Source of the DNA: an uncultured Bacillota bacterium
GTDB lineage: Bacteria > Bacillota > Clostridia > Oscillospirales > Oscillospiraceae
Length of the DNA: 64,000 bases
Direction: 5' to 3'
Assembly (NCBI GenBank): GCA_947426945.1
Contig: CANEFX010000001.1
Location: 13,238 to 77,237 of the forward strand
Shown here: piece by piece, positions 19,437-28,555 of the stretch
Numbering within the stretch: the stretch's first letter is position 1
How the letters are laid out: the number at the start of each line of letters is the position of its first letter
Position numbers and translations under genes: made by a program
Notes under the pieces: model-generated
What the model saw: the letters and a program-made list of their open reading frames with translations, nothing else
Databases searched by the model: none
What the model was told of the DNA's origin: nothing

Positions 19437-19457
19437 GGGGCGGCCTGTGGCCGCCCC
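19437..19457. repeat. GC-rich palindromic element, copy 1 (GGGGCGGCC-TGT-GGCCGCCCC)
   Basis: Intergenic between DUF1934 and argS. The same 19-mer core recurs at 58940-58959 and a one-loop variant at 63619-63639. Confidence 0.7.
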
Positions 19458-19467
19458 TGCCAACAGC

Positions 19468-19917
19468 TTACTGCTTCAGGCTTCCCAGTCCGCCCTCCGC
19501 CTCTTTCACGTTGATGCGGAATACGCTGCGGCCGGCCAGGGCATGGTCCACCTCAATGGAGTAATCCACTTCGATGTCGCCTCCCTGGTCATTCAGGTCG
19601 GCCAGCAGGTGGCGGGTATGCACGCCGATGGCCATAGCGCCATAGGGTGTATTGTACATGGACAGATGCCGGCGTCCCTCCTGGAACACCATCTGAGAGT
19701 TGAACTCCCCCATCCGCAGGAGGGTGACCTGTTCCCCATCCACCTGGATGGTGGTCAGAGTGCCCCCCAGGCCGGTGAGCTCGCTCTCCTGGTAAGACAG
19801 AGTATAGCTCTCTCCTTCCCGGCTCAGGCGGCCGGCGGTGACCAGCTCCACCACGTCGGGGAGCGCTCCCTCATATTTCTGCATCCCCTTGATGGAGATG
19901 ACCACGTCCTTGTCCAT
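19468..19917 (-). CDS. DUF1934 (YwiB-like) protein
   Basis: 149 aa located directly upstream of argS, as ywiB is in Bacillus. The sequence pattern is beta-rich. Confidence 0.65.
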   Translation of the reverse strand: MDKDVVISIKGMQKYEGALPDVVELVTAGRLSREGESYTLSYQESELTGLGGTLTTIQVDGEQVTLLRMGEFNSQMVFQEGRRHLSMYNTPYGAMAIGVHTRHLLADLNDQGGDIEVDYSIEVDHALAGRSVFRINVKEAEGGLGSLKQ

Positions 19918-20174
19918 AGGGGGACCTCCAGTCGCTGAAATAATTTGTGTCCGGCGGGCCGGGGCCCGTCAGTCTGAGGTATTATACACAGTTTGGAGGC
20001 GGCTGTAAAGTATCTCTTTTATTGTATGTCATTTTGCCTGAAAAAACAAGGCGTTTTGCCGGGTTTCTCCATTTGACAAATTTCATTTGGGCGCTATAAT
20101 ATCTGTAGACCGTATGCTCTCATCTCCCGGATGGGAGTGTATCATCATCTTCCGCCCTCAGAGGAGGCCTTTCC

Positions 20175-20588
20175 ATGAATCTGGAATTGAGTAAAAAGCA
20201 GTTTCGCCGGCTGCTGGATCTGGTGTACATCGGAAACTGGATTTTAAACTCCACCCGCGGAGACGACCGCTTTGCCGATTACGACCAGGTGGAGAGCCTG
20301 CTCTTCGGCCGAGCCGCCCTGGAGGGGATGCCCCAGCTGGCAGAGCTGTACCAGGGGGAGATTGTTCCCTCCCGCGCCTTTGTGGAGGGAGGCATCCATG
20401 AGGCCATTGTGGAGTATGAGAACAATGTGTTCTTTGAGATCCTCGCCGAGGATCTGGCCCGCCGGGATATGGACGACGCTCCCATCGATGAGCACAACTA
20501 CGCGGAGCTCACCAGCCGCATCGACGCCTATATCGCCGAGTTTGAGGAACACGGAACGGACAATATACTGGTGGATATTGAGAATTGA
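20175..20588 (+). CDS. Hypothetical acidic protein (137 aa)
   Basis: GAGGAGG RBS, good coding look, near-consensus promoter upstream (TTGACA...TATAAT ~20083-20110). No family recognised. Confidence 0.55.
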   Translation: MNLELSKKQFRRLLDLVYIGNWILNSTRGDDRFADYDQVESLLFGRAALEGMPQLAELYQGEIVPSRAFVEGGIHEAIVEYENNVFFEILAEDLARRDMDDAPIDEHNYAELTSRIDAYIAEFEEHGTDNILVDIEN

Positions 20589-20592
20589 AACA

Positions 20593-20635
20593 GCCCCCTC
20601 GTGCAGGACAGCGGGTCCGCACGAGGGGGCGTTTA
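20593..20635. terminator. Terminator hairpin between convergent genes
   Basis: GCCCCCTCGTGC ... GCACGAGGGGGC 12-bp stem. Confidence 0.65.
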
Positions 20636-20652
20636 TCGTTGAGCGGAGATGG

Positions 20653-22287
20653 TCAGCCCTGATTCTGCGCCTCCACCAGGCGCACGCCGCAGTATTTTTC
20701 CCGCAGCTTGGGCTTTTCGATCTTGCCGGTGGGGTTGCGGGGGACGTCGGCAAAGATAATCTTCCGAGGGCGCTTGTACCGGGGCAGATCCATGCAGAAC
20801 TGGTTAATCTCGCTCTCGGTGCAGTGCATGCCCTCCTTCACCTGGATGATAGCGGCGGCGATCTCTCCCAAGCGCTTGTCGGGCAGGCCGATTACGGCCA
20901 CGTCGTGGACCTTGGGATAGGCGGACAGGAAGTCCTCAATTTGTACGGGGTACAGGTTCTCACCGCCGGAGATGATGACGTCCTTTTTCCGGTCCACCAG
21001 AAAGATAAAGCCGTCCTCGTCCTGGCGGGCCATGTCGCCGGTATGAAGCCAGCCGTTTTCCAGCACCTCGGCGGTGGCCTCCGGGTTGTGGTAGTAGCAC
21101 ACCATGACGCCGGGGCCTTTTACGCACAGCTCTCCCACGTCTCCCTGCCTGACCGGGGTATTCTGCTCGTCCACGATTTTGATCTTCCAGCCGTAGCCGG
21201 GGACCCCGATGGCCCCAACTTTGCGGACGTTGTCCACCCCCAGGTGGACGCAGCCCGGACCGGTGGACTCGGACAGGCCGTAGTTGGTGTCGTACTTGTG
21301 GTGGGGGAAATACTCCAGCCAGTGCCGGATCAGGGAGGGGGGCACCGGCTGGGCGCCGATGTGCATCAGCCGCCACTGGGAGAGCCGATAGTCATCAAGT
21401 TTCAAATCGCCCCGATCCAGGGCGGCGAGGATATCCTGGGCCCAGGGTACCAGCAGCCAGACGATGGTGCACTTTTCCTGGCTGGCCGCCTCAAAGATGG
21501 CGGCGGGAGAACTGCCCTTGAGGAGTACTGCCTTGCTGCCAGTGAACAGGGAGCCGAACCAATGCATCTTGGCCCCGGTGTGATAAAGGGGCGGGATGCA
21601 GAGAAACACATCCTCATGGGTGGTCTCGTGGTGGATGGCCTCCATCCGGGCGGACTGCATCAGCGCGGTGTGCTTGAGCAGGATGGCCTTGGGGAAGCCG
21701 GTGGTGCCCGAGGAGTAGTAGATAGCGCCCTCGTCCTCGTCGTCCACCAGCACCTTGGGGGGGCGGCTGGAGCAGTTGACCGTGGCGCGGAGGTGGTCCT
21801 CCGCAAAGGAGGGGCAGTGCTCCCCCACGAAAAACAGCAGCATCTGCTTTTTGATCTTGGGGACGATGGGCTCCATCCGGGAGATGAACTCCGGGCCGAA
21901 GAAGAGCACGTCGGCGTCCGCCAGCTTCAGGCAGTAGTCGATCTCGTCGGAGGTATAGCGGAAGTTCAGGGGGACGGCGATGGCTCCGGTCTTTAAAATG
22001 CCGAAATAGATGGGCAGCCATTCCAGGCAGTTCATCAGCAGGATGGCCACCTTCTGCCCCTTCTTGAGCCCGCGGCCCAGCAGCATGTTGGCCACCCGGT
22101 TGGCCTTTTCATCAAAGACCGACCAGGTAATTTCCCGGCGGTAAGGGGCGTCGCCGGTGGGCTGGATCAGCTCGTACTCCTGCCAGGAGACCCGCTGTTC
22201 CTCCCGGACCTCAGGGTTGATCTCTACCAGGGCGGCTTCGTCCCCGTACAGCTTGCTGTTGCGCTCCAGCAGATCAGTGATAGGCAT
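20653..22287 (-). CDS. AMP-dependent acyl-CoA synthetase/ligase
   Basis: AMP-binding motifs YSSGTTGFPKA, GELCVKGP, YHTGD, and the C-terminal ...PRNPTGKIEK Lys. Start set at MPITDLL... Confidence 0.9.
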   Translation of the reverse strand: MPITDLLERNSKLYGDEAALVEINPEVREEQRVSWQEYELIQPTGDAPYRREITWSVFDEKANRVANMLLGRGLKKGQKVAILLMNCLEWLPIYFGILKTGAIAVPLNFRYTSDEIDYCLKLADADVLFFGPEFISRMEPIVPKIKKQMLLFFVGEHCPSFAEDHLRATVNCSSRPPKVLVDDEDEGAIYYSSGTTGFPKAILLKHTALMQSARMEAIHHETTHEDVFLCIPPLYHTGAKMHWFGSLFTGSKAVLLKGSSPAAIFEAASQEKCTIVWLLVPWAQDILAALDRGDLKLDDYRLSQWRLMHIGAQPVPPSLIRHWLEYFPHHKYDTNYGLSESTGPGCVHLGVDNVRKVGAIGVPGYGWKIKIVDEQNTPVRQGDVGELCVKGPGVMVCYYHNPEATAEVLENGWLHTGDMARQDEDGFIFLVDRKKDVIISGGENLYPVQIEDFLSAYPKVHDVAVIGLPDKRLGEIAAAIIQVKEGMHCTESEINQFCMDLPRYKRPRKIIFADVPRNPTGKIEKPKLREKYCGVRLVEAQNQG

Positions 22288-22435
22288 GTTGACTCGTTCC
22301 TTTCCAAACGGATATATCCGCAATACTTTATTGATTTTAACCATTAAAGTGTTGTGAGTATTGTACCGGAAAGTTTGTTCCGTGTCAAGAGCAAAGAAGC
22401 GTTTTCAATCTTTTTTCAAAAATAAAAATTTCCTC

Positions 22436-22464
22436 TTGACAAAGTGGCTGGACGAGTTTATAAT
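22436..22464 (+). promoter_or_regulatory. Consensus sigma-A promoter of the T-box leader
   Basis: TTGACA - 17 nt - TATAAT (perfect hexamers). Confidence 0.8.
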
Positions 22465-22470
22465 GCAGTG

Positions 22471-22760
22471 CAATAAAGCGTTGACGAAGACAAAGTAGAA
22501 CGCAGGAACAGCTGGACAGAGAGTTCCCGGTTGGTGCGAGGGGCGTGGCTGTGCGGTTTGAAATTTCATCTTCTGAGCTTTCCGAGGAAAGGCTGCGAGC
22601 TGAGTAGAGCGGAACGGGTCCTCCCGTTACAGGGGTGGGGCGTTGGTGGACGCTCCGTGAGGCCGCCCCCGTGAGGGAACGGCAAATAGAGGTGGTACCG
22701 CGGGAAGGTTTATTCCCGTCCTCTGGTCAGTCGAAAGACGCCAGGGGTTTTTTCTTTTTC
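22471..22760 (+). promoter_or_regulatory. T-box riboswitch leader (probable Phe specifier UUC)
   Basis: Stem I elements: AGUA (22494-22497), AG bulge AGAGAG (22517-22522), distal loop GGUGCGA (22533-22539). The specifier-loop 3' side is GAAAUUUCA, with UUC-A (22565-22568) abutting the basal helix. T-box sequence AAAUAGAGGUGGUACCGCG at 22684-22702. Terminator plus U-run ends ~22760. Confidence 0.85.
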
Positions 22761-22872
22761 AAGAAACTGGATGGAGAAAATAACGGCCTATTCTTTACTT
22801 TTTCGCTTTTTCGTGCTACACTTTACACAAGTAAATTCCTTGAAATGAAACTTGAAAAGGAGTGTAGTTACC

Positions 22873-23184
22873 ATGGCAAGAGCGGAAAAACGGGAGCGCA
22901 GCATGGCGCTGTATGAGACCATTCTGAAGCTGAAGGATTTGGACGAGTGCTGCCGGTTCTTCGATGACCTGTGCACCCCCACCGAGCTGCGCTCGCTGGA
23001 GCAGAGGTTCGACGTTGCAGTGTACTTACAGCAGGGCCTGGTCTATCTGGATATCCTGGACAAGACCGGAGCCTCCAGTGCCACCATCAGCCGGGTAAGG
23101 CGGTCTATGCTGGACAACGGAGCGGGGGGAGTCATGCGGGAGGTAATCCAACGACACGGGCTCCACGAAAAAGAGGGACAGTAG
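22873..23184 (+). CDS. YerC/YecD family TrpR-related protein
   Basis: 103 aa. ...FFDDLCTPTELRSLEQRFDVA..L..G..Y..I...TGASSATISRVRR is the YerC signature. AAAGGAG RBS. Confidence 0.8.
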   Translation: MARAEKRERSMALYETILKLKDLDECCRFFDDLCTPTELRSLEQRFDVAVYLQQGLVYLDILDKTGASSATISRVRRSMLDNGAGGVMREVIQRHGLHEKEGQ

Positions 23185-23288
23185 GAGCCGGTCCCCTGGC
23201 CGGTTTGCCGTTTCTCAATGAAGGCGGACTGCCGGGAGCGGCAGCCACTACAGGAATTAAACCTAATTTAAAGAAAGCAGGAAAAAAC

Positions 23289-25031
23289 ATGAAACAACTG
23301 ATGCTGGGCAACGCCGCCGTTGCCCGGGGATTGTATGAGGCGGGGTGCTGCGTGATTTCCAGCTACCCCGGCACCCCCAGCACCGAGATTACCGAGGAGG
23401 CTGTGAAATATCCGGAGATTTACTGCGAGTGGGCTCCCAACGAGAAGGTGGCCATGGAGACCGCCTTCGGGGCGTGCCTGGCGGGGAAGCGGGCATTCTG
23501 CGCCATGAAGCACGTGGGATTGAACGTGGCCGCTGACCCCTTGTACACCATGTCCTATACCGGAGTCAACGCCGGGCTGGTCGTCGGTGTGGCCGACGAT
23601 CCGGGGATGCACTCCTCCCAGAATGAGCAGGACTCCCGCCACCACGCCATTGCCGCCAAGGTGCCTATGCTGGAGCCCTCCGACTCCGCCGAGGCCCTGG
23701 AGTTCGCCAAGCTGGCCTTTGAGCTGTCCGAGCAGTTCGATACCCCGGTGCTGCTGAAGATGTGCACCCGGGTGGCCCACTCCCAGTCCATTGTGGAGAC
23801 GGCCGACCGGGCGGAGCCCGAGAGAAGGCCCTATGAGAAGAACATTCAAAAATACGTGATGATGCCCGCCAACGCTATCCGCCGCCACCCCTTTGTGGAG
23901 GAGCGCACCCGCAGGCTCCAGGCGTGGGCCGAGACCGCTCCCGTCAATCGGGTGGAGATGGGAGGAACCGAGCTGGGGATTATTACCTCCTCCACCAGTT
24001 ATCAGTATGTGAGAGAGGTCTTTGGAGATACCGTCTCCGTCCTCAAGTTAGGGCTTGCCAATCCCCTGCCCGTAAAGCTCATCCGGGATTTTGCCGGTAA
24101 AGTGGAAAAGCTGGTGGTGGTGGAGGAGATGGACCCCATCATTGAGAACCACTGTAAAGCGCTGGGGCTCACCGTCTCCGGCAAGGATGCGCTCCCCATG
24201 GAGGGGGAGTTCTCCCAGAACCTGATCGCCGAAAAGCTGGGCGGGACGGTACATACCGGCAGGACCATCGACGATCCCATTCCGCCCCGGCCCCCCGTCA
24301 TGTGCGCCGGCTGCCCCCACCGGGGACTGTTCTATATCCTAAGCAGGAACAAGTGCACCGTGCTGGGGGACATCGGCTGCTATACCCTGGGAGCGGTGGC
24401 TCCCCTGGCCGCCATGGATATGACGTTGTGTATGGGGGCCTCTATCTCAGCCGTCCACGGCTTCAACAAGGCCGGGGGGGCGGAAGCCGAGGGGAAAACC
24501 GTGGCTGTCATCGGCGACTCCACCTTTATACACTCCGGTATGACCGGCCTTGCCAATATTGCCTACAACCGGTCCAATTCCACCGTAATTATTCTGGACA
24601 ACTCCATCACCGGCATGACCGGCCACCAGCAGAACCCCACCACCGGCTACAACATCAAGGGCGACCCCGCCGGGAAGATCGACCTGGAAGGGCTGTGCAG
24701 GGCCATGGGCTTCAGCCGGGTCCGGGTAGTGGACCCCTACGACCTGAAGGCCTGCGATACTGTTCTTAAAGAGGAGCTGGCTGCCGCCGAGCCCTCCGTC
24801 ATCATCAGCCGCCGGCCCTGCGCCCTGCTGAAGTACGTCAAGCATGAGGCTCCGCTGACGGTGGATCCGGTGAAGTGCGTGGGCTGCCGCAGCTGCATGA
24901 AGATCGGCTGCCCCGCCATCTCCATCCGGGCGGGCAAGGCCCATGTGGACGCCACCCTGTGCGTGGGCTGCGGTGTGTGTGAGCAGCTGTGTCCCGTTCA
25001 GGCGTTTAAGAGTACCGGGAAGGAGGGCTGA
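23289..25031 (+). CDS. iorA: Indolepyruvate (aryl-pyruvate):ferredoxin oxidoreductase subunit alpha
   Basis: Start at MKQLMLGNAAVARG. TPP-binding region GDSTFIHSG and two C-terminal 4Fe-4S motifs (CVGCRSCMKIGCP, CVGCGVCEQLCP). Confidence 0.9.
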   Translation: MKQLMLGNAAVARGLYEAGCCVISSYPGTPSTEITEEAVKYPEIYCEWAPNEKVAMETAFGACLAGKRAFCAMKHVGLNVAADPLYTMSYTGVNAGLVVGVADDPGMHSSQNEQDSRHHAIAAKVPMLEPSDSAEALEFAKLAFELSEQFDTPVLLKMCTRVAHSQSIVETADRAEPERRPYEKNIQKYVMMPANAIRRHPFVEERTRRLQAWAETAPVNRVEMGGTELGIITSSTSYQYVREVFGDTVSVLKLGLANPLPVKLIRDFAGKVEKLVVVEEMDPIIENHCKALGLTVSGKDALPMEGEFSQNLIAEKLGGTVHTGRTIDDPIPPRPPVMCAGCPHRGLFYILSRNKCTVLGDIGCYTLGAVAPLAAMDMTLCMGASISAVHGFNKAGGAEAEGKTVAVIGDSTFIHSGMTGLANIAYNRSNSTVIILDNSITGMTGHQQNPTTGYNIKGDPAGKIDLEGLCRAMGFSRVRVVDPYDLKACDTVLKEELAAAEPSVIISRRPCALLKYVKHEAPLTVDPVKCVGCRSCMKIGCPAISIRAGKAHVDATLCVGCGVCEQLCPVQAFKSTGKEG

Positions 25032-25034
25032 AGG

Positions 25035-25607
25035 ATGGAGACCAAAAATATTATGATTGTTGGCGTGGGGGGACAGGGTTCCCTCCTGGCCTCCAAGCTG
25101 CTGGGCCACCTGCTGATGGAGCAGGGCTACGACGTAAAGGTGTCTGAGGTCCACGGCATGTCCCAGCGGGGCGGCAGCGTGGTCACCTATGTGCGCTGCG
25201 GCGACAAGGTGAACTCCCCCGTTATCGACAGGGGGGAGGCGGACTACATCGTCTCCTTTGAGCTGCTGGAGGCCGCCCGATGGCTGAGCTACTTAAAGCC
25301 AGACGGCCAGATTGTCACCTCCACCCAGCAGATCGATCCCATGCCCGTCATCACCGGCGCGGCCTCCTACCCGGAAAATCTGGTGGAGAAGATGCGCGCC
25401 GCCGGGGCCAGGGTGGACGCCCTTGACTGTCTGGCGCTGGCCGAGGAGGCCGGTTCGGCCAAGGCGGTGAACATCGTCCTCATGGGCCGGCTGTCCCACT
25501 ACTTCGACCTGCCCGACGAGGCTTGGCAGAAGTCCCTGGAGGCCATGGTCCCCCCGAAATTCCTGGAGCTGAACAAGAGAGCCTTTGAGCTGGGGAAGAG
25601 GGCATGA
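25035..25607 (+). CDS. iorB: Indolepyruvate:ferredoxin oxidoreductase subunit beta
   Basis: 190 aa. N-terminal VGVGGQG gamma-domain signature, immediately downstream of iorA. Confidence 0.88.
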   Translation: METKNIMIVGVGGQGSLLASKLLGHLLMEQGYDVKVSEVHGMSQRGGSVVTYVRCGDKVNSPVIDRGEADYIVSFELLEAARWLSYLKPDGQIVTSTQQIDPMPVITGAASYPENLVEKMRAAGARVDALDCLALAEEAGSAKAVNIVLMGRLSHYFDLPDEAWQKSLEAMVPPKFLELNKRAFELGKRA

Positions 25608-25725
25608 AAAAATTCTGAAAATATGGGATTGGTTCTGCCTAGGCGTTTCCATCGTATCCGCTGAGAGGGACTTCGGCTCCAGGAACAAGATCGCGGCGGA
25701 CAAGGGCCGGACCCTGGGAAAACAG

Positions 25726-26940
25726 TTATTCGTCGGTGGGAGCCTTTTTCAGTAATTTTTGGTAGGTGCGGTCCATCCCCAGTGCCCCGAGGGGTGCGGT
25801 AATCAGAATCGCCGCCACGGCTACAGACAGCACCAGTTTTCCGCAGGGCAGGCCCATTGCCAGAGGCACCGAGCCGATGGCCGCCTGAACGGTAGCCTTG
25901 GGCAAATAGGCGATGATGCAGAACAGCCGCTCTTTTCGATTGAGAACTGTTCCCGCTGTTGCCAGCAGGACCCCCAGGGCCCGGACGGCCAGGGCGGCAA
26001 AGATGATGATCACCGCTTTCCCTCCGGCTTCCAGGGTATAGCGGATATCCACTGCGGCCCCCACTAAAACGAAGAGAACTACCTCCGCTGCCAGCCACAG
26101 CTTGCCAAATTTCTGGGACAGCCGGGCAGACACCGGGGCAGGGCATTTGAGACGCAGTCCGCAGGCCATAGCTGTTACCGCCAGGATGCCGGAGAAGGGA
26201 ACCTGTTCTTTCATCCAGCCCTCCACCGCCAGCAGGAGGAAGGCGGTCCCCAGAATTGAAATGACCTTTATGCTGTTTCGGATATGGGCCTGACGGGCAA
26301 AGCGGGCCTCGAAGAACCGGGCCATTAACCGCCCGGCGGTCAGCCCAAAGGCAATTCCCAACAGAATCGACACAGGGATCCCGGCAAAATCGGAGATTTT
26401 GGGTCTGCCCCCCTGAGCCATGCTGGAAAAGGTGGAAAACAGAACTATTACGTATATGTCGTCCATAGAGGCTCCGGCCAGGATCATCTGCGGAATGCTT
26501 TTTTCGGTTCCCCAGCCCGTCTCGATCAAATTGACCATCCGGGGAACTACCACCGCCGGGGATACTGCCCCCAGCACCGCGCCCATAACGGCTCCCTCGA
26601 TCCAATTTACGCCGAAAATGGCGGGAGCCAGCAGGGTATAGGACAGGATTTCAAAGGTGGCAGGCAGGCATGTCATCAGCAGGGCGGGCCTGCCCACCTT
26701 CTTCAAATCTCCCAGGTTCAGGGATAGTCCCGCCTTGATCAGGATGATCACGAGTGCCAGTTGCCGCAGATCCGGGGAAACAGAGAGGATTTTTGGATCC
26801 AGCCAGTTGAGCGCGTAAGGCCCGATCAGGATGCCCGCCAAAAGCATCCCTACGATACGGGGCAGTCCCGCCGCTTGACACAGTGCGGCGGCGGCCAGTC
26901 CGATCAAAAACACAAAAGCCAGAGAAGTCAGCATATCCAT
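25726..26940 (-). CDS. Cation:proton antiporter (Na+/H+ exchanger family)
   Basis: Polytopic membrane protein with CPA-type motifs (LLAGILIGP...). The start is uncertain: ATGs at 27015, 26940 and 26934, and the RBS favours the last two. Confidence 0.8.
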   Translation of the reverse strand: MDMLTSLAFVFLIGLAAAALCQAAGLPRIVGMLLAGILIGPYALNWLDPKILSVSPDLRQLALVIILIKAGLSLNLGDLKKVGRPALLMTCLPATFEILSYTLLAPAIFGVNWIEGAVMGAVLGAVSPAVVVPRMVNLIETGWGTEKSIPQMILAGASMDDIYVIVLFSTFSSMAQGGRPKISDFAGIPVSILLGIAFGLTAGRLMARFFEARFARQAHIRNSIKVISILGTAFLLLAVEGWMKEQVPFSGILAVTAMACGLRLKCPAPVSARLSQKFGKLWLAAEVVLFVLVGAAVDIRYTLEAGGKAVIIIFAALAVRALGVLLATAGTVLNRKERLFCIIAYLPKATVQAAIGSVPLAMGLPCGKLVLSVAVAAILITAPLGALGMDRTYQKLLKKAPTDE

Positions 26941-27147
26941 TCTCCTTTTCAGCAGAACCGCAACAAAAAAGCCGACAACTCCGCGATAAATCGCAGAAGT
27001 CATCAGCTCTTGCAAGCGGTTTCGGTTTCCCGAGGGAGCACTTCATTCCCTTGAAACCATATTATAGCCGGAGCCTCGGAAAAGTCAAGTCCTTTTTGAA
27101 GTTCACACTTCTGAAAGCATACATTGAAACCGAAAGGAATGATACCC

Positions 27148-28449
27148 ATGGAAAGATACTACCAGCCCGAGATCGAATGCGCGTCCCGGGAACAAATCAA
27201 GGCCTGGCAGGACGAGCGGCTTGTGAAGCAGGTGCGCCACGTCTGGGACAACGTGCCCTACTACCGCAAAAAGATGGAGGAGAAGGGCCTTACCCCTGAC
27301 GACATCCGGTCCAGCGACGATCTGCACAAGCTGCCCTTTATCACCAAGGCCGACCTGCGGGAGGCATACCCCTACGGGCTGGTAGCCAAGCCCCTGAAGG
27401 AGTGCGTGCGCATCCAGTCCACCTCCGGCACCACGGGCAAGCGGGTGGTGGCCTTCTACACCCAGCACGACATCGACCTGTGGGAGGACTGCTGCGCCCG
27501 GGCCATCATGGCCGCCGGAGGAACCGACGAGGACGTGTGCCAGGTGTCCTATGGCTACGGCCTGTTTACCGGCGGCCCCGGCCTGAACGGCGGCTCCCAT
27601 AAGGTAGGCTGCCTTACCATCCCCACCTCCTCGGGCAACACCGAACGGCAGATCATGTTTATCCGGGATCTGAACGCCACCATCCTGTGCTGCACCCCCT
27701 CCTATGCCGCCTACATCGGCGAGACCATGAAGGAGATGGGCCTCACCCCCGACCAGATCCCCCTGAAGGCGGGCATTTTCGGCGCGGAGTCCTGGAGCGA
27801 GGAGATGCGCCAGGACATCCAGAATACCCTGGGCATCAAGGCCTATGACATTTACGGCCTGACCGAGCTGTCCGGCCCCGGCGTGTCCTTCGAGTGTTCC
27901 GCTCAGACTGGCATGCACATTAACGAGGACCACTTCATCGCTGAGATCATTGACCCCGAGACGGGCGAGGTTCTCCCCGAGGGCTCCCAGGGCGAGCTGG
28001 TGTTCACCTCCATCACCAAGGAGGCCTTCCCCCTCCTGCGCTACCGCACCCGGGATATCTGCACCCTTACCAGGGAGCCATGCCCCTGCGGCCGCACCCA
28101 TGTAAAGATGACCAAGCCCCAGGGCCGTACCGACGACATGCTCATCATCCGGGGGGTCAACGTGTTCCCGTCCCAGATCGAGACCGTTCTCCTCAACCAT
28201 GGTTACCCCGCCAACTACCAGATCATTGTGGACCGGGTGCGCTCTACCGACACCCTGGACGTCCAGGTGGAGATGACCCCGGAGATGTTTACCGACAACA
28301 TGGGCGAGATCGCCAGGCGGCAGAAGGAGCTGGTGGACGGTCTGCGGTCCATGCTGGGTCTGGCTGCCAAGGTCTCTCTGGTGGCGCCCAAGTCCATCGT
28401 CCGCAGCGAGGGTAAGGCGGTCCGGGTTATTGACAGGCGGAAGATTTGA
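27148..28449 (+). CDS. paaK: Phenylacetate--CoA ligase
   Basis: MERYYQPEIECASREQI..., SSGTTGK, YGLTE and ...RVIDRRK are characteristic of the PaaK family. Confidence 0.9.
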   Translation: MERYYQPEIECASREQIKAWQDERLVKQVRHVWDNVPYYRKKMEEKGLTPDDIRSSDDLHKLPFITKADLREAYPYGLVAKPLKECVRIQSTSGTTGKRVVAFYTQHDIDLWEDCCARAIMAAGGTDEDVCQVSYGYGLFTGGPGLNGGSHKVGCLTIPTSSGNTERQIMFIRDLNATILCCTPSYAAYIGETMKEMGLTPDQIPLKAGIFGAESWSEEMRQDIQNTLGIKAYDIYGLTELSGPGVSFECSAQTGMHINEDHFIAEIIDPETGEVLPEGSQGELVFTSITKEAFPLLRYRTRDICTLTREPCPCGRTHVKMTKPQGRTDDMLIIRGVNVFPSQIETVLLNHGYPANYQIIVDRVRSTDTLDVQVEMTPEMFTDNMGEIARRQKELVDGLRSMLGLAAKVSLVAPKSIVRSEGKAVRVIDRRKI

Positions 28450-28506
28450 GTGGAAACCATGCAGGGATCAGCCCGCCGTTTCTGTAGATTCGTTTAAATG
28501 TAAGAC

Positions 28507-28536
28507 GGGCCGCCGAGGGCGGCGGCCCCTGCTTTT
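28507..28536 (+). terminator. Hairpin/terminator between paaK and the ACT gene
   Basis: GGGCCGCCG-AGGG-CGGCGGCCC followed by CTGCTTTTG. Confidence 0.5.
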
Positions 28537-28555
28537 GTGATTGGAGGAAACTACT

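Noticed and set aside
22635-22916. 93-aa ORF spanning the T-box terminator and the yerC start.
   Set aside because: It overlaps the clearly structured T-box leader and is out of frame with the well-supported YerC gene. It has no RBS.
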